DNA from: an uncultured Muribaculaceae bacterium
GTDB taxonomy: Bacteria; Pseudomonadota; Alphaproteobacteria; Rs-D84
Length of the DNA stretch: 32,000 nucleotides
Assembly: GCA_965231035.1 (NCBI GenBank)
Contig: OZ246409.1
Coordinates: 571,101 to 603,100 of the forward strand
Direction of reading: 5' to 3'
This document shows positions 1 to 8,556 of the stretch, one piece after another. Position 1 is the first letter of the stretch; every line of letters begins with the position of its first letter. Under the pieces are notes generated by a model, which saw only the letters and a program-made list of their open reading frames with translations, was not told the DNA's origin and ran no database searches. The translations under genes were made by a program, and so were the position numbers.

Positions 1-419
1 AGTTCTTACAAGTCCCAGAAAATGATGTAACACGTATGGCGACCAGAATCAGCGCACGCGATTTATCATTAAATGCACCAGTTGGTAATGATGATTCCAG
101 AGATGCACTTTCTAATCTGGCCGATACATCTGATGGCATCGAAGATAATATTGAAAGATTGGAATTCCGTCGTCGTGGATATGAAATGCTGCGCAGGCAT
201 TTATCAGAATTACCAGAACGCGATCGTGAAATTCTGCATGCACGCAGATTACAAGATCCGGCAGCAACACTGGAAGTTTTGGCACAGAAATACAAAATAT
301 CACGCGAAAGGGTTCGTCAAATCGAAGAACGCGCATACGCAAAATTACGTGATGCAATTTTAAAAGAGGAAGAATACATACCAGCAAAAAAAGGTGAGGT
401 TATTGATGAAGCCATATAA
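1..419 (+). CDS. rpoH: RNA polymerase heat-shock sigma factor sigma-32 (RpoH), 3' part only; the gene starts upstream of the window
   Basis: The frame is open from nt 3 (FLQVPENDVTRMATRISARDLSLNAPVGNDD...), so the listed Met at 36 is internal. The region-4 HTH LEVLAQKYKISRERVRQIEERAYAKLRDAI and the preceding acidic linker align by eye with E. coli RpoH ([30 protein letters not shown]). Confidence 0.85.
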   Translation, partial: FLQVPENDVTRMATRISARDLSLNAPVGNDDSRDALSNLADTSDGIEDNIERLEFRRRGYEMLRRHLSELPERDREILHARRLQDPAATLEVLAQKYKISRERVRQIEERAYAKLRDAILKEEEYIPAKKGEVIDEAI

Positions 420-1425
420 AATTTATATGTACTTTTTATTGTTAGGTTTGTGGTCTTTGCCTGCATCCGCGTATGAACATAATTTTGGCAGATATGGGTT
501 CAAGCTTACTGGTTATGGAACTGTTGGTGCAATTGAACCAGATTTCAAAAAAGCTTATTTTATGGATGATTGGCTGGTTCGAACACAGATCAATTATGCT
601 TTGAAATCAAATATAACAGTGGGGTTTGTTTATTCAATCGACGAACTGGCGGTATACCAAGATAAGTATTCCCGTGATACTTTTTTATTTATCGAAGATG
701 CAAACAGGGGCCGTATAGAACTGGGTATGACCGATTCAATTGCAACCAAACTGGGGGTTGGATTACCAGATGTCGGCGGATTAAGAATAAATGATAATCC
801 AATATTTTATAAAAGATTGGAACCAACAGGACCGGTTATTTCAAATACTACAATGACCAGCGGTCGGTACGATTTGCGTGCGAACTTTGTTTCTGTTCCA
901 ACGCGTCCTTGGCAATTTGGGGCATCTGTTGCTGGATTATCACCAAAATATAATTATGCCACGGATGTTGGGGTAAAATATCGTGATCCGAACGGTAAAA
1001 CAAAAAATGCATTTTCGATGGGTGCGTCCTTTATAGATTCGCCAGAAAACTTTCAAACCGAAGTTTTTGCACCATCAGTCACAGCAGATTGGCGTGCACA
1101 AATATCAACAGGATTTAATTTGCAATACAACAGCTGGATATGGGGAATATCGTTACGTGGAATTTACGACAGAAACCCGATTGGCGTTCCTGGGGACGGC
1201 TTGATTGCAGGAACAGGGATCAGTTATGACCTTTTGAATTATACAGTGTCAGCATCATATATTTTATCTGATACAGGTATATGGAATGATGCACCTAATT
1301 ATATATCAAATACTGGGGTGTTATCTTTCAGATATAAATACAGCGAAGATGTTGACGGTTGGATTTCAACCGGATTATCTGCTGGGTTGCCATTTATGTC
1401 TGGTGGAATCAGAATGAAGTTTTAA
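406..1425 (+). CDS. Outer-membrane beta-barrel / porin-like protein (family not recognised)
   Basis: The track start at 394 is GTG. The ATG at 406 is preceded by AAGGTGAGG (391-399) at good spacing. Signal peptide MKPYKIYMYFLLLGLWSLPASA|YEH. Alternating hydrophobic/polar strands rich in Y/G/N. C-terminal ...GGIRMKF ends in Phe, as is typical of OMPs. It overlaps the rpoH stop by 14 nt. Confidence 0.55.
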   Translation: MKPYKIYMYFLLLGLWSLPASAYEHNFGRYGFKLTGYGTVGAIEPDFKKAYFMDDWLVRTQINYALKSNITVGFVYSIDELAVYQDKYSRDTFLFIEDANRGRIELGMTDSIATKLGVGLPDVGGLRINDNPIFYKRLEPTGPVISNTTMTSGRYDLRANFVSVPTRPWQFGASVAGLSPKYNYATDVGVKYRDPNGKTKNAFSMGASFIDSPENFQTEVFAPSVTADWRAQISTGFNLQYNSWIWGISLRGIYDRNPIGVPGDGLIAGTGISYDLLNYTVSASYILSDTGIWNDAPNYISNTGVLSFRYKYSEDVDGWISTGLSAGLPFMSGGIRMKF

Positions 1426-1448
1426 AAAACCGCCATTTGGCGGTTTTT
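1424..1448. terminator. Bidirectional Rho-independent terminator between convergent genes
   Basis: aaaaaa-CCGCC-attt-GGCGG-ttttt: a GC stem flanked by an A-run and a T-run, so it can work on both strands. It lies between the OMP stop (1425) and the Yip1 stop (1453). Confidence 0.7.
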
Positions 1449-1452
1449 ATTT

Positions 1453-2049
1453 TTACAGCAAGCACGCAAGTGTTGCGCTGGTATTCTTTAACATAAACCA
1501 TCCAATACGATAATCTGTTACATAGATGATTACCATAAACAAGGCCAATACACCCATAACAATCATAACGTTGTGTTTCTTACCCTTCATGCAGTACAGG
1601 CTGATGTTATAGAACAAGAACAGGATATAGGCATCAACAATCAAACTGATGATCCAAACAGATGTACAGTTAAATGCCAAGGCATTCAAAACCAAAATTG
1701 CAGGGTATATAAAGAATACCGAAGCCAACCCCTTAATCGCGATTTCCCAATCACGTTCGCCACCTGTAATTTCTGAAACCAACATTAACAATCCGCCCAA
1801 GATAAACAACAAGGCAACAGCCAGCACAGGGACAATTATTATTGCAGTAAACACAGAACCAATTGTGATTGTGGCCCCGCCAATTAAACGCAACAGCAAA
1901 ACCAAACCGCCACCCAGCAATCCATACATAAATGCGCGCAGCATTGATTCTTCCAAGTTGCCATCAGCAACGATTTTTGTGAAATAACGTTTTGGGTCTG
2001 TCAAGATATCCCAAATGTGTTTGGTCCAACGTTTGATTTTGTCTTTCAT
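1453..2049 (-). CDS. Yip1-domain polytopic inner-membrane protein
   Basis: ATG with GGAG 8 nt upstream. A hydrophilic N-terminus (..WDILTDPKRYFTKI..) is followed by about five hydrophobic helices, which is the Yip1/DUF1282-like architecture. Confidence 0.6.
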   Translation of the reverse strand: MKDKIKRWTKHIWDILTDPKRYFTKIVADGNLEESMLRAFMYGLLGGGLVLLLRLIGGATITIGSVFTAIIIVPVLAVALLFILGGLLMLVSEITGGERDWEIAIKGLASVFFIYPAILVLNALAFNCTSVWIISLIVDAYILFLFYNISLYCMKGKKHNVMIVMGVLALFMVIIYVTDYRIGWFMLKNTSATLACLL

Positions 2050-2116
2050 ATTTTATACTCCCATTTGATTATTTGTATTTTTACTCTATAATTGTAAAAA
2101 ATCAAGAGTTTAAATT

Positions 2117-3439
2117 ATGATAAAAATCGCAATCGCAGGACGCCCAAATACTGGTAAATCCACATTGTTTAATGCTTTGACGTGTACGCGTGATGCGCTG
2201 GTTCACGATCGCCCTGGGGTTACGCGTGACGTTATCGAGGGAAATATACCAAAAACTGATTGGCAAATATTTGATACGGCCGGTTTGGAAAAAGCAAAAA
2301 CAGGCATTGGTGCTGATTCTACAAATATGGCGATTTCGGCTGTTGAAAAGGCGAATGCAGTATTGTTTGTGGTTGATGGTCGCACAGGTCTGATGCCCGA
2401 AGACTTGGATTGGGCAAGGCAAATAAAAAGAAAAACCAAGGCCAAGGTTTTATTACTGGTAAACAAATCCGAATCCGAAAGAAGAATTTCGAATGTACAT
2501 GATTTTTACAAACTGGGTTTTGGCGAACCTGTTATGATTTCTGCAGAACACAAACGTGGCTTTGATAAAATTTATGAATTTTTGGAATCTGTTGGCGGTA
2601 AAACCGATATTGAAACACAAAAAGAAGTTAAATTAAAAGTCGCAATACTGGGTCAACCGAATGTTGGAAAGTCAACATTTGTGAACAAGGTTTTGGGTGA
2701 AAATAGACAGATTGTCAAAGATGAACCAGGAATAACACGCGATACGGTAAAAATTCCAACAAACTTTTATGGTCGCGATATTGTTTTAATGGATACAGCT
2801 GGACTTCGTCGTAAAGCAGGGGTCATAGATGATGTTGAAACTTTATCTGCTTTGAAATCTTTGGACGCGATTACAAATGCCAATATTGTGATACTGATTG
2901 TTGATTCAACCAAAGATATTGAAAATCAGTCATTGGGGATTGCTTCACGCGTTTATGATGCTGGCAAGATTTTATGTGTCGCTTTGAACAAATGGGATTT
3001 GGTGGACGAAGCAGAACGTGAAGACAAATTGTTAAAATTGAAACACCAGTTCAAGAATTCTTTTCACCAGATTATAAAACCTCTTATTTTGCCAGTTTCT
3101 GCAGAAAAGGGCACAGGTGTTAAAAATATGTTCAAACGAATTTACGAGCTGTGGGATATTTCAAATTCGCGTGCACCTACCAGTTTGATAAATAGAACCT
3201 TGGAAAGATTACTTACTGAACGTCAACCCCCAATGTCTCGTTTGAAACGCCCTATGAAAATAAAATTCGCAGCTCAGGTTGGAATACATCCGATTCACAT
3301 AGTTATAAATACCGGTGGTGCATCTGATATTCCAGAATCTTATACACGTTATTTACGTCGTGGATTGGCAATAGCATTGAATTGGGAACAGTTACCTATT
3401 GTAATTGAATACAAAAAATCAGAAAATCCGTTTGACTGA
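2117..3439 (+). CDS. der: Ribosome-associated GTPase Der/EngA (tandem GTPase domains plus KH-like C-terminus)
   Basis: There are two G domains: GRPNTGKST...DTAGL...NKSE and GQPNVGKST...DTAGLRRK...NKWD. The C-terminal part is IKFAAQVGIHPIHIVINTGG...YTRYLRRGL. Confidence 0.95.
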   Translation: MIKIAIAGRPNTGKSTLFNALTCTRDALVHDRPGVTRDVIEGNIPKTDWQIFDTAGLEKAKTGIGADSTNMAISAVEKANAVLFVVDGRTGLMPEDLDWARQIKRKTKAKVLLLVNKSESERRISNVHDFYKLGFGEPVMISAEHKRGFDKIYEFLESVGGKTDIETQKEVKLKVAILGQPNVGKSTFVNKVLGENRQIVKDEPGITRDTVKIPTNFYGRDIVLMDTAGLRRKAGVIDDVETLSALKSLDAITNANIVILIVDSTKDIENQSLGIASRVYDAGKILCVALNKWDLVDEAEREDKLLKLKHQFKNSFHQIIKPLILPVSAEKGTGVKNMFKRIYELWDISNSRAPTSLINRTLERLLTERQPPMSRLKRPMKIKFAAQVGIHPIHIVINTGGASDIPESYTRYLRRGLAIALNWEQLPIVIEYKKSENPFD

Positions 3440-3486
3440 TAGTGGAAACTTTTGGTCACGATTTGCTTAGGGCCGCAGATCAAAAA

Positions 3487-3521
3487 ATAAAGGCGTAGAT
3501 AACTCTACGCCTTTATTTTTA
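3487..3521. terminator. Bidirectional Rho-independent terminator
   Basis: Perfect 12-bp stem ataaaggcgtag / ctacgcctttat with loop ataact, an A-run upstream and a T-run downstream. It lies between the convergent der and lipoprotein genes. Confidence 0.65.
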
Positions 3522-3532
3522 TAACAATGTTT

Positions 3533-4285
3533 TTACCATGTCGGGGCGTGATCGCCTTCTTTTACAATTGGTTCTTCATCTTCCCATACACTTAAACCAG
3601 TTTTCAAATCTGTCAGCGTCAGTTGTAAATAATATTCAACACGTGTATCTGTGCTGGAGAACCAACCAGATTTCAAATCCAAGTTACGTTGAATCATTTT
3701 ACCAGACAAAGACATATTTGGTGCAATCAGAGTTCCTTTGCCAACAATAGTATTTGCTGCATATTCATCATTGCCACGAGTTGCCCGAACTTGGTGTGTT
3801 GTTTCATCTTCAGCAACATTTTTTTCATATTCCACTTCTGCATAGCCTTTTGCTTTTGCTTTCAGTTGTGCTGACTGTCCTGCTAATCCTACGCTGGCAG
3901 CTTCCATTTCAGAGGATACAGGAACATATCCAGTTGCTTTTTCAGTTTTGTTTTGAAAACCAGTTGATATTTGGGCACGACCAGAATTTATAAGAGTTTT
4001 ACGGATTTTCTTTACCAAAATATCTGTATCAAATCTTTGCATTGTATCATTTTCGACATTTGCTATAACAATAACAGGGTCTTTTACACGACCAAAAGCA
4101 CCACTCTTTAACATACTTGTTGTCATATCTTCGGCAGTCTTGGTCCAGTCGCGATATTCTAATTCCATCACGTTTTGCATTCCTTTGACTTCGGCCTGGT
4201 TATTTAAATCAACAACATTTGTTTCGCCACAGCCAGCAAGCCAAAGCAGAGAACAAATTGTCGATAACATATATATTTTTTTCAT
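3533..4285 (-). CDS. LpoB-like (COG3417-type, PBP-activator fold) outer-membrane lipoprotein
   Basis: Lipobox LWLAG|C, with GGAG 6 nt upstream of the ATG. The core VIVIANVENDTMQRFDTDILVKKIRKTLINSGRAQI and the C-terminus APNMSLSGKMIQRNL....VEYYLQLTLTDLKTGLSVWEDE match my memory of the LpoB/YcfM domain pattern (..v..i.N.T....dt..l...i...L..sG ... dy.LsGkI......Y.l.l.l.d..tG..vW). Confidence 0.6.
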   Translation of the reverse strand: MKKIYMLSTICSLLWLAGCGETNVVDLNNQAEVKGMQNVMELEYRDWTKTAEDMTTSMLKSGAFGRVKDPVIVIANVENDTMQRFDTDILVKKIRKTLINSGRAQISTGFQNKTEKATGYVPVSSEMEAASVGLAGQSAQLKAKAKGYAEVEYEKNVAEDETTHQVRATRGNDEYAANTIVGKGTLIAPNMSLSGKMIQRNLDLKSGWFSSTDTRVEYYLQLTLTDLKTGLSVWEDEEPIVKEGDHAPTW

Positions 4286-4297
4286 TTTTTCTCCTTT

Positions 4298-5566
4298 TTA
4301 TTTTAATTTTATAACTTTTTCATCAAAACTATTTTGACCCAGTCGGACATAAACAAGATTATTTCCAGCAGGTATCTTTATACTTGAAACCAGGTTACCA
4401 CCAGATTTTAATTCAATCAAGCCGCTTTTATTCTTTGAAACACGCAGTAAATAAATCTTTTTAGGTAATGTTGCCCAAGTTCTGACTTCGGCGCTGGTAC
4501 TTGCAACAGAATAAATTGTCGATGCTAATCCTAATAAACCAGCGTATTGACTGTCAGAATTATACATTGTTGCCTGTAGAACAGCCTTGGAAACAGCAGA
4601 AGTCCAAGCGCGTAAAGCTTCATTTATTCTATATTCATTATATTCTGTCATAAACATTGCATCAACATCTGCCAGCACCTGCGCAGAGTCAATATATATA
4701 GTTTCGTTAAAAACCAATGGTTCAGATATTGCAATTGAAACAACACTGACGCCGTTACCAACAGACCATGGCATATCAAATCTGTCTTCTATTAATTTTG
4801 GTGCAAATCCAGATTCTATGAATACCCAAGATGTATTTGATGGTATTTTACCAGCCTTGGCCATATTTAAATCTTCGGAAACAAAAGAATTGCTTGGGAC
4901 CATACCATTTGCGCGCTTTAAATATGTCTTTGCATCATTAAAATCACCGTTGTCCAAAGCATAAATCCCAGCCAAGTAAGTCAAAGCAGGATTCATAATA
5001 TCTGTAAATGCAGCCCAACCCGCATTTTCATTTCTTAATCTGTTTGCCAGCTCGTTATTATCAGAAGATTTTTCTTGGTTATCTTTTATCAGTGCTTCGT
5101 ATTCGCGACTCATTCTTTGTTGACGGTCATAAGACTGATTTATAATTACGCGCGCATCTGCGAATCTCCCATCAGCCAGTGCATCCCATATCTGATAATA
5201 AGATACAAATAATGCATCCATCATATAAGGACGATAATCATTGGACATATTTCCGCCCAGTAAAATTCCAATTTCACGTGTTAAATCGCCACCAGTTAAA
5301 TCAAGATTTCTTTTATTAAATTCTTCGTACGCGCTGTCGCTTTCAGAAAATTTATTTTGGTGAAAAAGGCTGTCTGCAGAGATTAAAATTTCCAAATTAT
5401 CTTGGTCTGGTATACTGGATTTACCAGAAAATTTTTCAGCAGCATCAGAATAATTATTGAAATCATAAGAATTACGAACATCATCAAGTTTTAAAATCAT
5501 ATTTTGGGCACAACCAGATAACAATAACCCAGAAGCGATACAAAAAGCAAAAATACGAAATTTCAT
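4298..5566 (-). CDS. Large lipoprotein with a helical/TPR-like N-half (COG3014-like, function unknown)
   Basis: Lipobox LLLSG|C. The N-terminal half is helical-repeat-like (..YYQIWDALADGRFADARVIINQSY.., ..YLAGIYALDNGDFNDAKTYLKRA..). The C-terminal half is beta-rich. It lies 12 nt upstream of the LpoB-like gene. Confidence 0.5.
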   Translation of the reverse strand: MKFRIFAFCIASGLLLSGCAQNMILKLDDVRNSYDFNNYSDAAEKFSGKSSIPDQDNLEILISADSLFHQNKFSESDSAYEEFNKRNLDLTGGDLTREIGILLGGNMSNDYRPYMMDALFVSYYQIWDALADGRFADARVIINQSYDRQQRMSREYEALIKDNQEKSSDNNELANRLRNENAGWAAFTDIMNPALTYLAGIYALDNGDFNDAKTYLKRANGMVPSNSFVSEDLNMAKAGKIPSNTSWVFIESGFAPKLIEDRFDMPWSVGNGVSVVSIAISEPLVFNETIYIDSAQVLADVDAMFMTEYNEYRINEALRAWTSAVSKAVLQATMYNSDSQYAGLLGLASTIYSVASTSAEVRTWATLPKKIYLLRVSKNKSGLIELKSGGNLVSSIKIPAGNNLVYVRLGQNSFDEKVIKLK

Positions 5567-5573
5567 GCAATAA

Positions 5574-5602
5574 ACTGTAATTTATATTTTATAAATCGTC
5601 AA
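5574..5602 (-). promoter_or_regulatory. Candidate sigma-70 promoter for the lipoprotein pair (TTGACG-17 nt-TACAGT)
   Basis: The minus strand reads TTGACG-ATTTATAAAATATAAAT-TACAGT-TTATTGC-ATG. There is no Shine-Dalgarno, and the -10 ends 7 nt before the ATG at 5566, which implies a leaderless or near-leaderless mRNA. Confidence 0.3.
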
Positions 5603-5608
5603 TCTTAA

Positions 5609-7855
5609 TTATTTAGACACGGTTTCCAAGTACTCTTTGCCAACAGTGTCTAATATTTTTATTTCTTTTGTTTTTGGATTTAGAACTTTTGGTGTTCCGC
5701 CATATCCCATAGCCGCATGATGTAATGGTATCAAGAATTCTGGTAAAGGCGAACTTTCACCCATTTCCATAAATTTCTTCAATTTTTCATCTTTCCAGGC
5801 AGGTTGGTGATCTGCTTCGATTGGTCGGTTATAATATCCTTGGAATATTACGATTTGTTTTTTAGGACTTAACTTCATAATATCCATTTCGCTGTAAAGA
5901 ATGTCATGACCAGTTTCTTCTGTAACTTTGCCTTTGTCATCCTTCTTTTCTTTAATTTTCATCTTATAACCCATCATTTCCGAGAATCGCTTTGCGGTAT
6001 CAGGGTCGTTTTGACGCAATACAATTTTCGCAGCTGTTGTTGAAACAATGGTAGCTGCAGCATCTGCACCATATTTTTCCTGAATCTGGTGCAGGTCTTG
6101 ACCAATAATCAAATATGAAATCTGCTGACCGCGACCCAAATCTGGACCCTGGATAACGGCCTGTAATTTTTGCATTTTTGGCATCTCATCCAGAATGAAT
6201 AATACAGGAAATGTTCCAAGCTTTTGCCCGTTCAAAACATTACCAGGCGGGTTTGCCAAAAGGAATTTTGACATCAATTCAATAAATATTCCGGTGATCG
6301 GATTTAATGCCTCGGCATCAACCATGTTAATTGAAAGATAAACTGTAACCGGCTTAATATTTCCATCACGTGGGTCTTTCAATCCGCGCAAATCCGAAAA
6401 ATGAAAATCAGAATGACTAGTACGATTTCTAACGGCTGCGTTTCGGAAAATTCCAAGTCCCGCCATAACGGTAGATAAGATAGACCCACGTTCCTTGTCT
6501 GGTGTATTTGCCAATTGTGTTAATTCCAAAATAGCACGGTGTGAATATGCATACTGACGGGCTTCATTAACAGCGTCCAAGAACAAATCCTTCATTGGAT
6601 CCGCCATCATAACCATCTGGTCACCTTGTTTACGACGGTTTTCAAGGTCTTCGGCAATTCTTAACTGGTTTGCGTTTAACCAATCAAGAATCATGGAAAG
6701 TGAAGCCTCCTTTCCGTGCCAGACATCTGGAATATTTGCCCATGTTCCAATATGAACATAATTCATTACATTTAATTCACCAGAACGCAACCGTGCAACC
6801 GCAGCATATGCGTTTGGGTCATTAATCATAGATATATAATAATCATTCAGAACAGTTGCATCTTCTTGATCAAAAGTTCCGTTTGATAATCTGGTATAGA
6901 AATAATCATCAGCCTTGGCGCGTTCAATTTTTGAAATCATAAACTGAATCAAGCCAGATAACGCAGCGCGACCAGAAATTGTCCAGTGCGGATCAGCCGA
7001 GCTGGCTGTTTTTTCAGCAATCAAAACACTGCAAATTGTATCAACATACAAATCGCGTTGTTCTTGATTAAAAGGTACATGCTCTGGTGACAGTGGATTC
7101 CAGCTGGGATAATAAATTCCGTTTGCAGGATCATCTTGTCCCGCCCAATTCATAATAAATACCGGACCCACAGTTGCACGATACGCAGATGATGATTGTT
7201 TCAATTCAGGCTTTGGATCGTTAATAATCATTGATACATTGTTACATTCAAAAATTGTGGGTAATACGACACCCTGGGTTTTACCAGTTCCCGGAGGTGC
7301 CACACACAAAGTAGAAAGACATTCGTTCATCATCAAAGGCTTTTTCTTGAAATATCCCAGAACCATCATAAAACCATTTAATAAGCCCATTTTTTCAATA
7401 TCAGCCTTGGTTGCCTTGTTTGAAGATTTTTCATCAAATTTATCATTTCCATAAGGATTAAATTCACTAACAAGTGTCGAATCAACCAAGATGTGATAAA
7501 CAATAAATGGAATCAAAGGGGTAATGCAAGCAATGTCAGTTTGCATTACAGAGCGTGTCAACCATGCAGGAATTTCCGCTAAAATTGATAAACCACCAGA
7601 AAAAAGCATATTTTGAAAGAATAAAGAAATCCATTTCCATGTTGCGGGTGACCAGCCGTATCTCCAAATATGTTCAACTGCAAAAGATAAACCAAAAGCA
7701 ACCGCACAAGACAACCAAATACCAGAAGCCCAACGCATTTTCCAAAATAATTGCGCCATAGGCTTTTGCAAATGTTCTTTGTACGAACTGGATTTGAAAA
7801 TATTCAAACCTTTGGATTCGCCACCTGCTGATAAAATCTTGAACTTGTCTACCAT
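5609..7855 (-). CDS. virD4: Type IV secretion coupling protein (T4CP), TraG/VirD4 family ATPase
   Basis: N-terminal TM helices. Walker A LCVAPPGTGKTQGVVLPTIF, compared with VirD4 ApTrSGKGvg.ViPnLL. IINDPKPELKQ, compared with DiKGE. Walker B FILDEMPKMQKL. IIGQDLHQIQEKYG, compared with the Qs..QL...YG motif. The track start at 7918 is TTG and would overlap rsmE, so I prefer the ATG at 7855 (MVDKFKIL...). Confidence 0.85.
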   Translation of the reverse strand: MVDKFKILSAGGESKGLNIFKSSSYKEHLQKPMAQLFWKMRWASGIWLSCAVAFGLSFAVEHIWRYGWSPATWKWISLFFQNMLFSGGLSILAEIPAWLTRSVMQTDIACITPLIPFIVYHILVDSTLVSEFNPYGNDKFDEKSSNKATKADIEKMGLLNGFMMVLGYFKKKPLMMNECLSTLCVAPPGTGKTQGVVLPTIFECNNVSMIINDPKPELKQSSSAYRATVGPVFIMNWAGQDDPANGIYYPSWNPLSPEHVPFNQEQRDLYVDTICSVLIAEKTASSADPHWTISGRAALSGLIQFMISKIERAKADDYFYTRLSNGTFDQEDATVLNDYYISMINDPNAYAAVARLRSGELNVMNYVHIGTWANIPDVWHGKEASLSMILDWLNANQLRIAEDLENRRKQGDQMVMMADPMKDLFLDAVNEARQYAYSHRAILELTQLANTPDKERGSILSTVMAGLGIFRNAAVRNRTSHSDFHFSDLRGLKDPRDGNIKPVTVYLSINMVDAEALNPITGIFIELMSKFLLANPPGNVLNGQKLGTFPVLFILDEMPKMQKLQAVIQGPDLGRGQQISYLIIGQDLHQIQEKYGADAAATIVSTTAAKIVLRQNDPDTAKRFSEMMGYKMKIKEKKDDKGKVTEETGHDILYSEMDIMKLSPKKQIVIFQGYYNRPIEADHQPAWKDEKLKKFMEMGESSPLPEFLIPLHHAAMGYGGTPKVLNPKTKEIKILDTVGKEYLETVSK

Positions 7856-7864
7856 TGTGATAAC

Positions 7865-7873
7865 ATTATACCA
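7865..7873 (-). promoter_or_regulatory. Candidate extended -10 promoter (TGGTATAAT) for the T4CP gene
   Basis: The minus strand reads TGGTATAAT-GTTATCACA-ATG. This fits TGnTATAAT perfectly, sits 9 nt from the ATG at 7855, and has no SD, which suggests a leaderless transcript. Confidence 0.35.
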
Positions 7874-7902
7874 GAATAATGGTCGAAAATTAAGAATTAA
7901 GA

Positions 7903-8556
7903 ATGAAAAATATACCAAGAATTTTTATAAATGAAAAAATCGAGCCTGGTAAGAAAATATCAGTCGAAAAGGATGTTTTGCATTACCTTAAAAAAGTTAT
8001 GCGAACTGATAAGTGCCTGATTTTCAATAATGGCGAAGAATTTTACGCAAACTTGAATGAGGATAACAAGTATTTGATTGCGGATAAAAAAACAGAACAT
8101 TCTGACCCCAGCAATGAGATAACTTTTTATTTTGCGCCAATAAAGAAAACAGATGAAATGTTAAATATGGTAACCCAAATGGGTGTGAAGCGCTTGCAAC
8201 CTGTTATAACAGACAGAACTGTTGCACATCATATTAACTGGGACAGAATTAAAAAAATTATAATCGAGGCATCCGAACAATCAAATAGAAACAGTGTTCC
8301 AGAATTATTATCACCAATAAACTTTTCAGAATTGAGTAAGAAAGATTTGTATTTTGCTGATGAACGTGCTGCGTATGATGTTGAGATTAAAAATTCGGCA
8401 AATAGGGCAAAGAATATATTAATTGGTCCCGAAGGTGGTTTTTCAGAATCAGAATTCGCGGCATTGGATTCTTCTGGTGCGGTTGGAATTTCTTTGGGTA
8501 AAACTATTTTGCGTGCTGAAACTGCTGCTGTGGCTGCGCTGGCAAAGATTATATAA
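7903..8556 (+). CDS. rsmE: 16S rRNA (uracil1498-N3)-methyltransferase RsmE
   Basis: N-terminal PUA-like start (RIFINEKIEPGKKISVEKDVLHYLKKVMR) and the C-terminal SPOUT knot motif ILIGPEGGFSESE...ISLGKTILRAETAAVAAL. Confidence 0.9.
   Translation: MKNIPRIFINEKIEPGKKISVEKDVLHYLKKVMRTDKCLIFNNGEEFYANLNEDNKYLIADKKTEHSDPSNEITFYFAPIKKTDEMLNMVTQMGVKRLQPVITDRTVAHHINWDRIKKIIIEASEQSNRNSVPELLSPINFSELSKKDLYFADERAAYDVEIKNSANRAKNILIGPEGGFSESEFAALDSSGAVGISLGKTILRAETAAVAALAKII

Noticed and set aside
73-387. ORFs 73..363 (+) and 112..387 (-) overlapping rpoH, and treating 36..419 as a complete 127-aa gene
   Set aside because: The rpoH frame is open to the window edge and matches sigma-32 regions 3-4, so the Met at 36 is internal. 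The other two are alternative-frame artefacts.
7856-7918. N-terminal extension of the T4CP ORF to 7918 (MVYFSFLILNFRPLFWYNVIT)
   Set aside because: The start codon would be TTG with no SD, and it overlaps the divergent rsmE start. An extended -10 box lies inside the extension, just upstream of the ATG at 7855.
3533-7918. Integrative/conjugative element or genomic island around the T4CP
   Set aside because: There is no integrase, relaxase, transposase, tRNA attachment site or flanking direct repeat. The neighbours are core genes (der, rsmE), and the base composition does not look visibly different from the surroundings.
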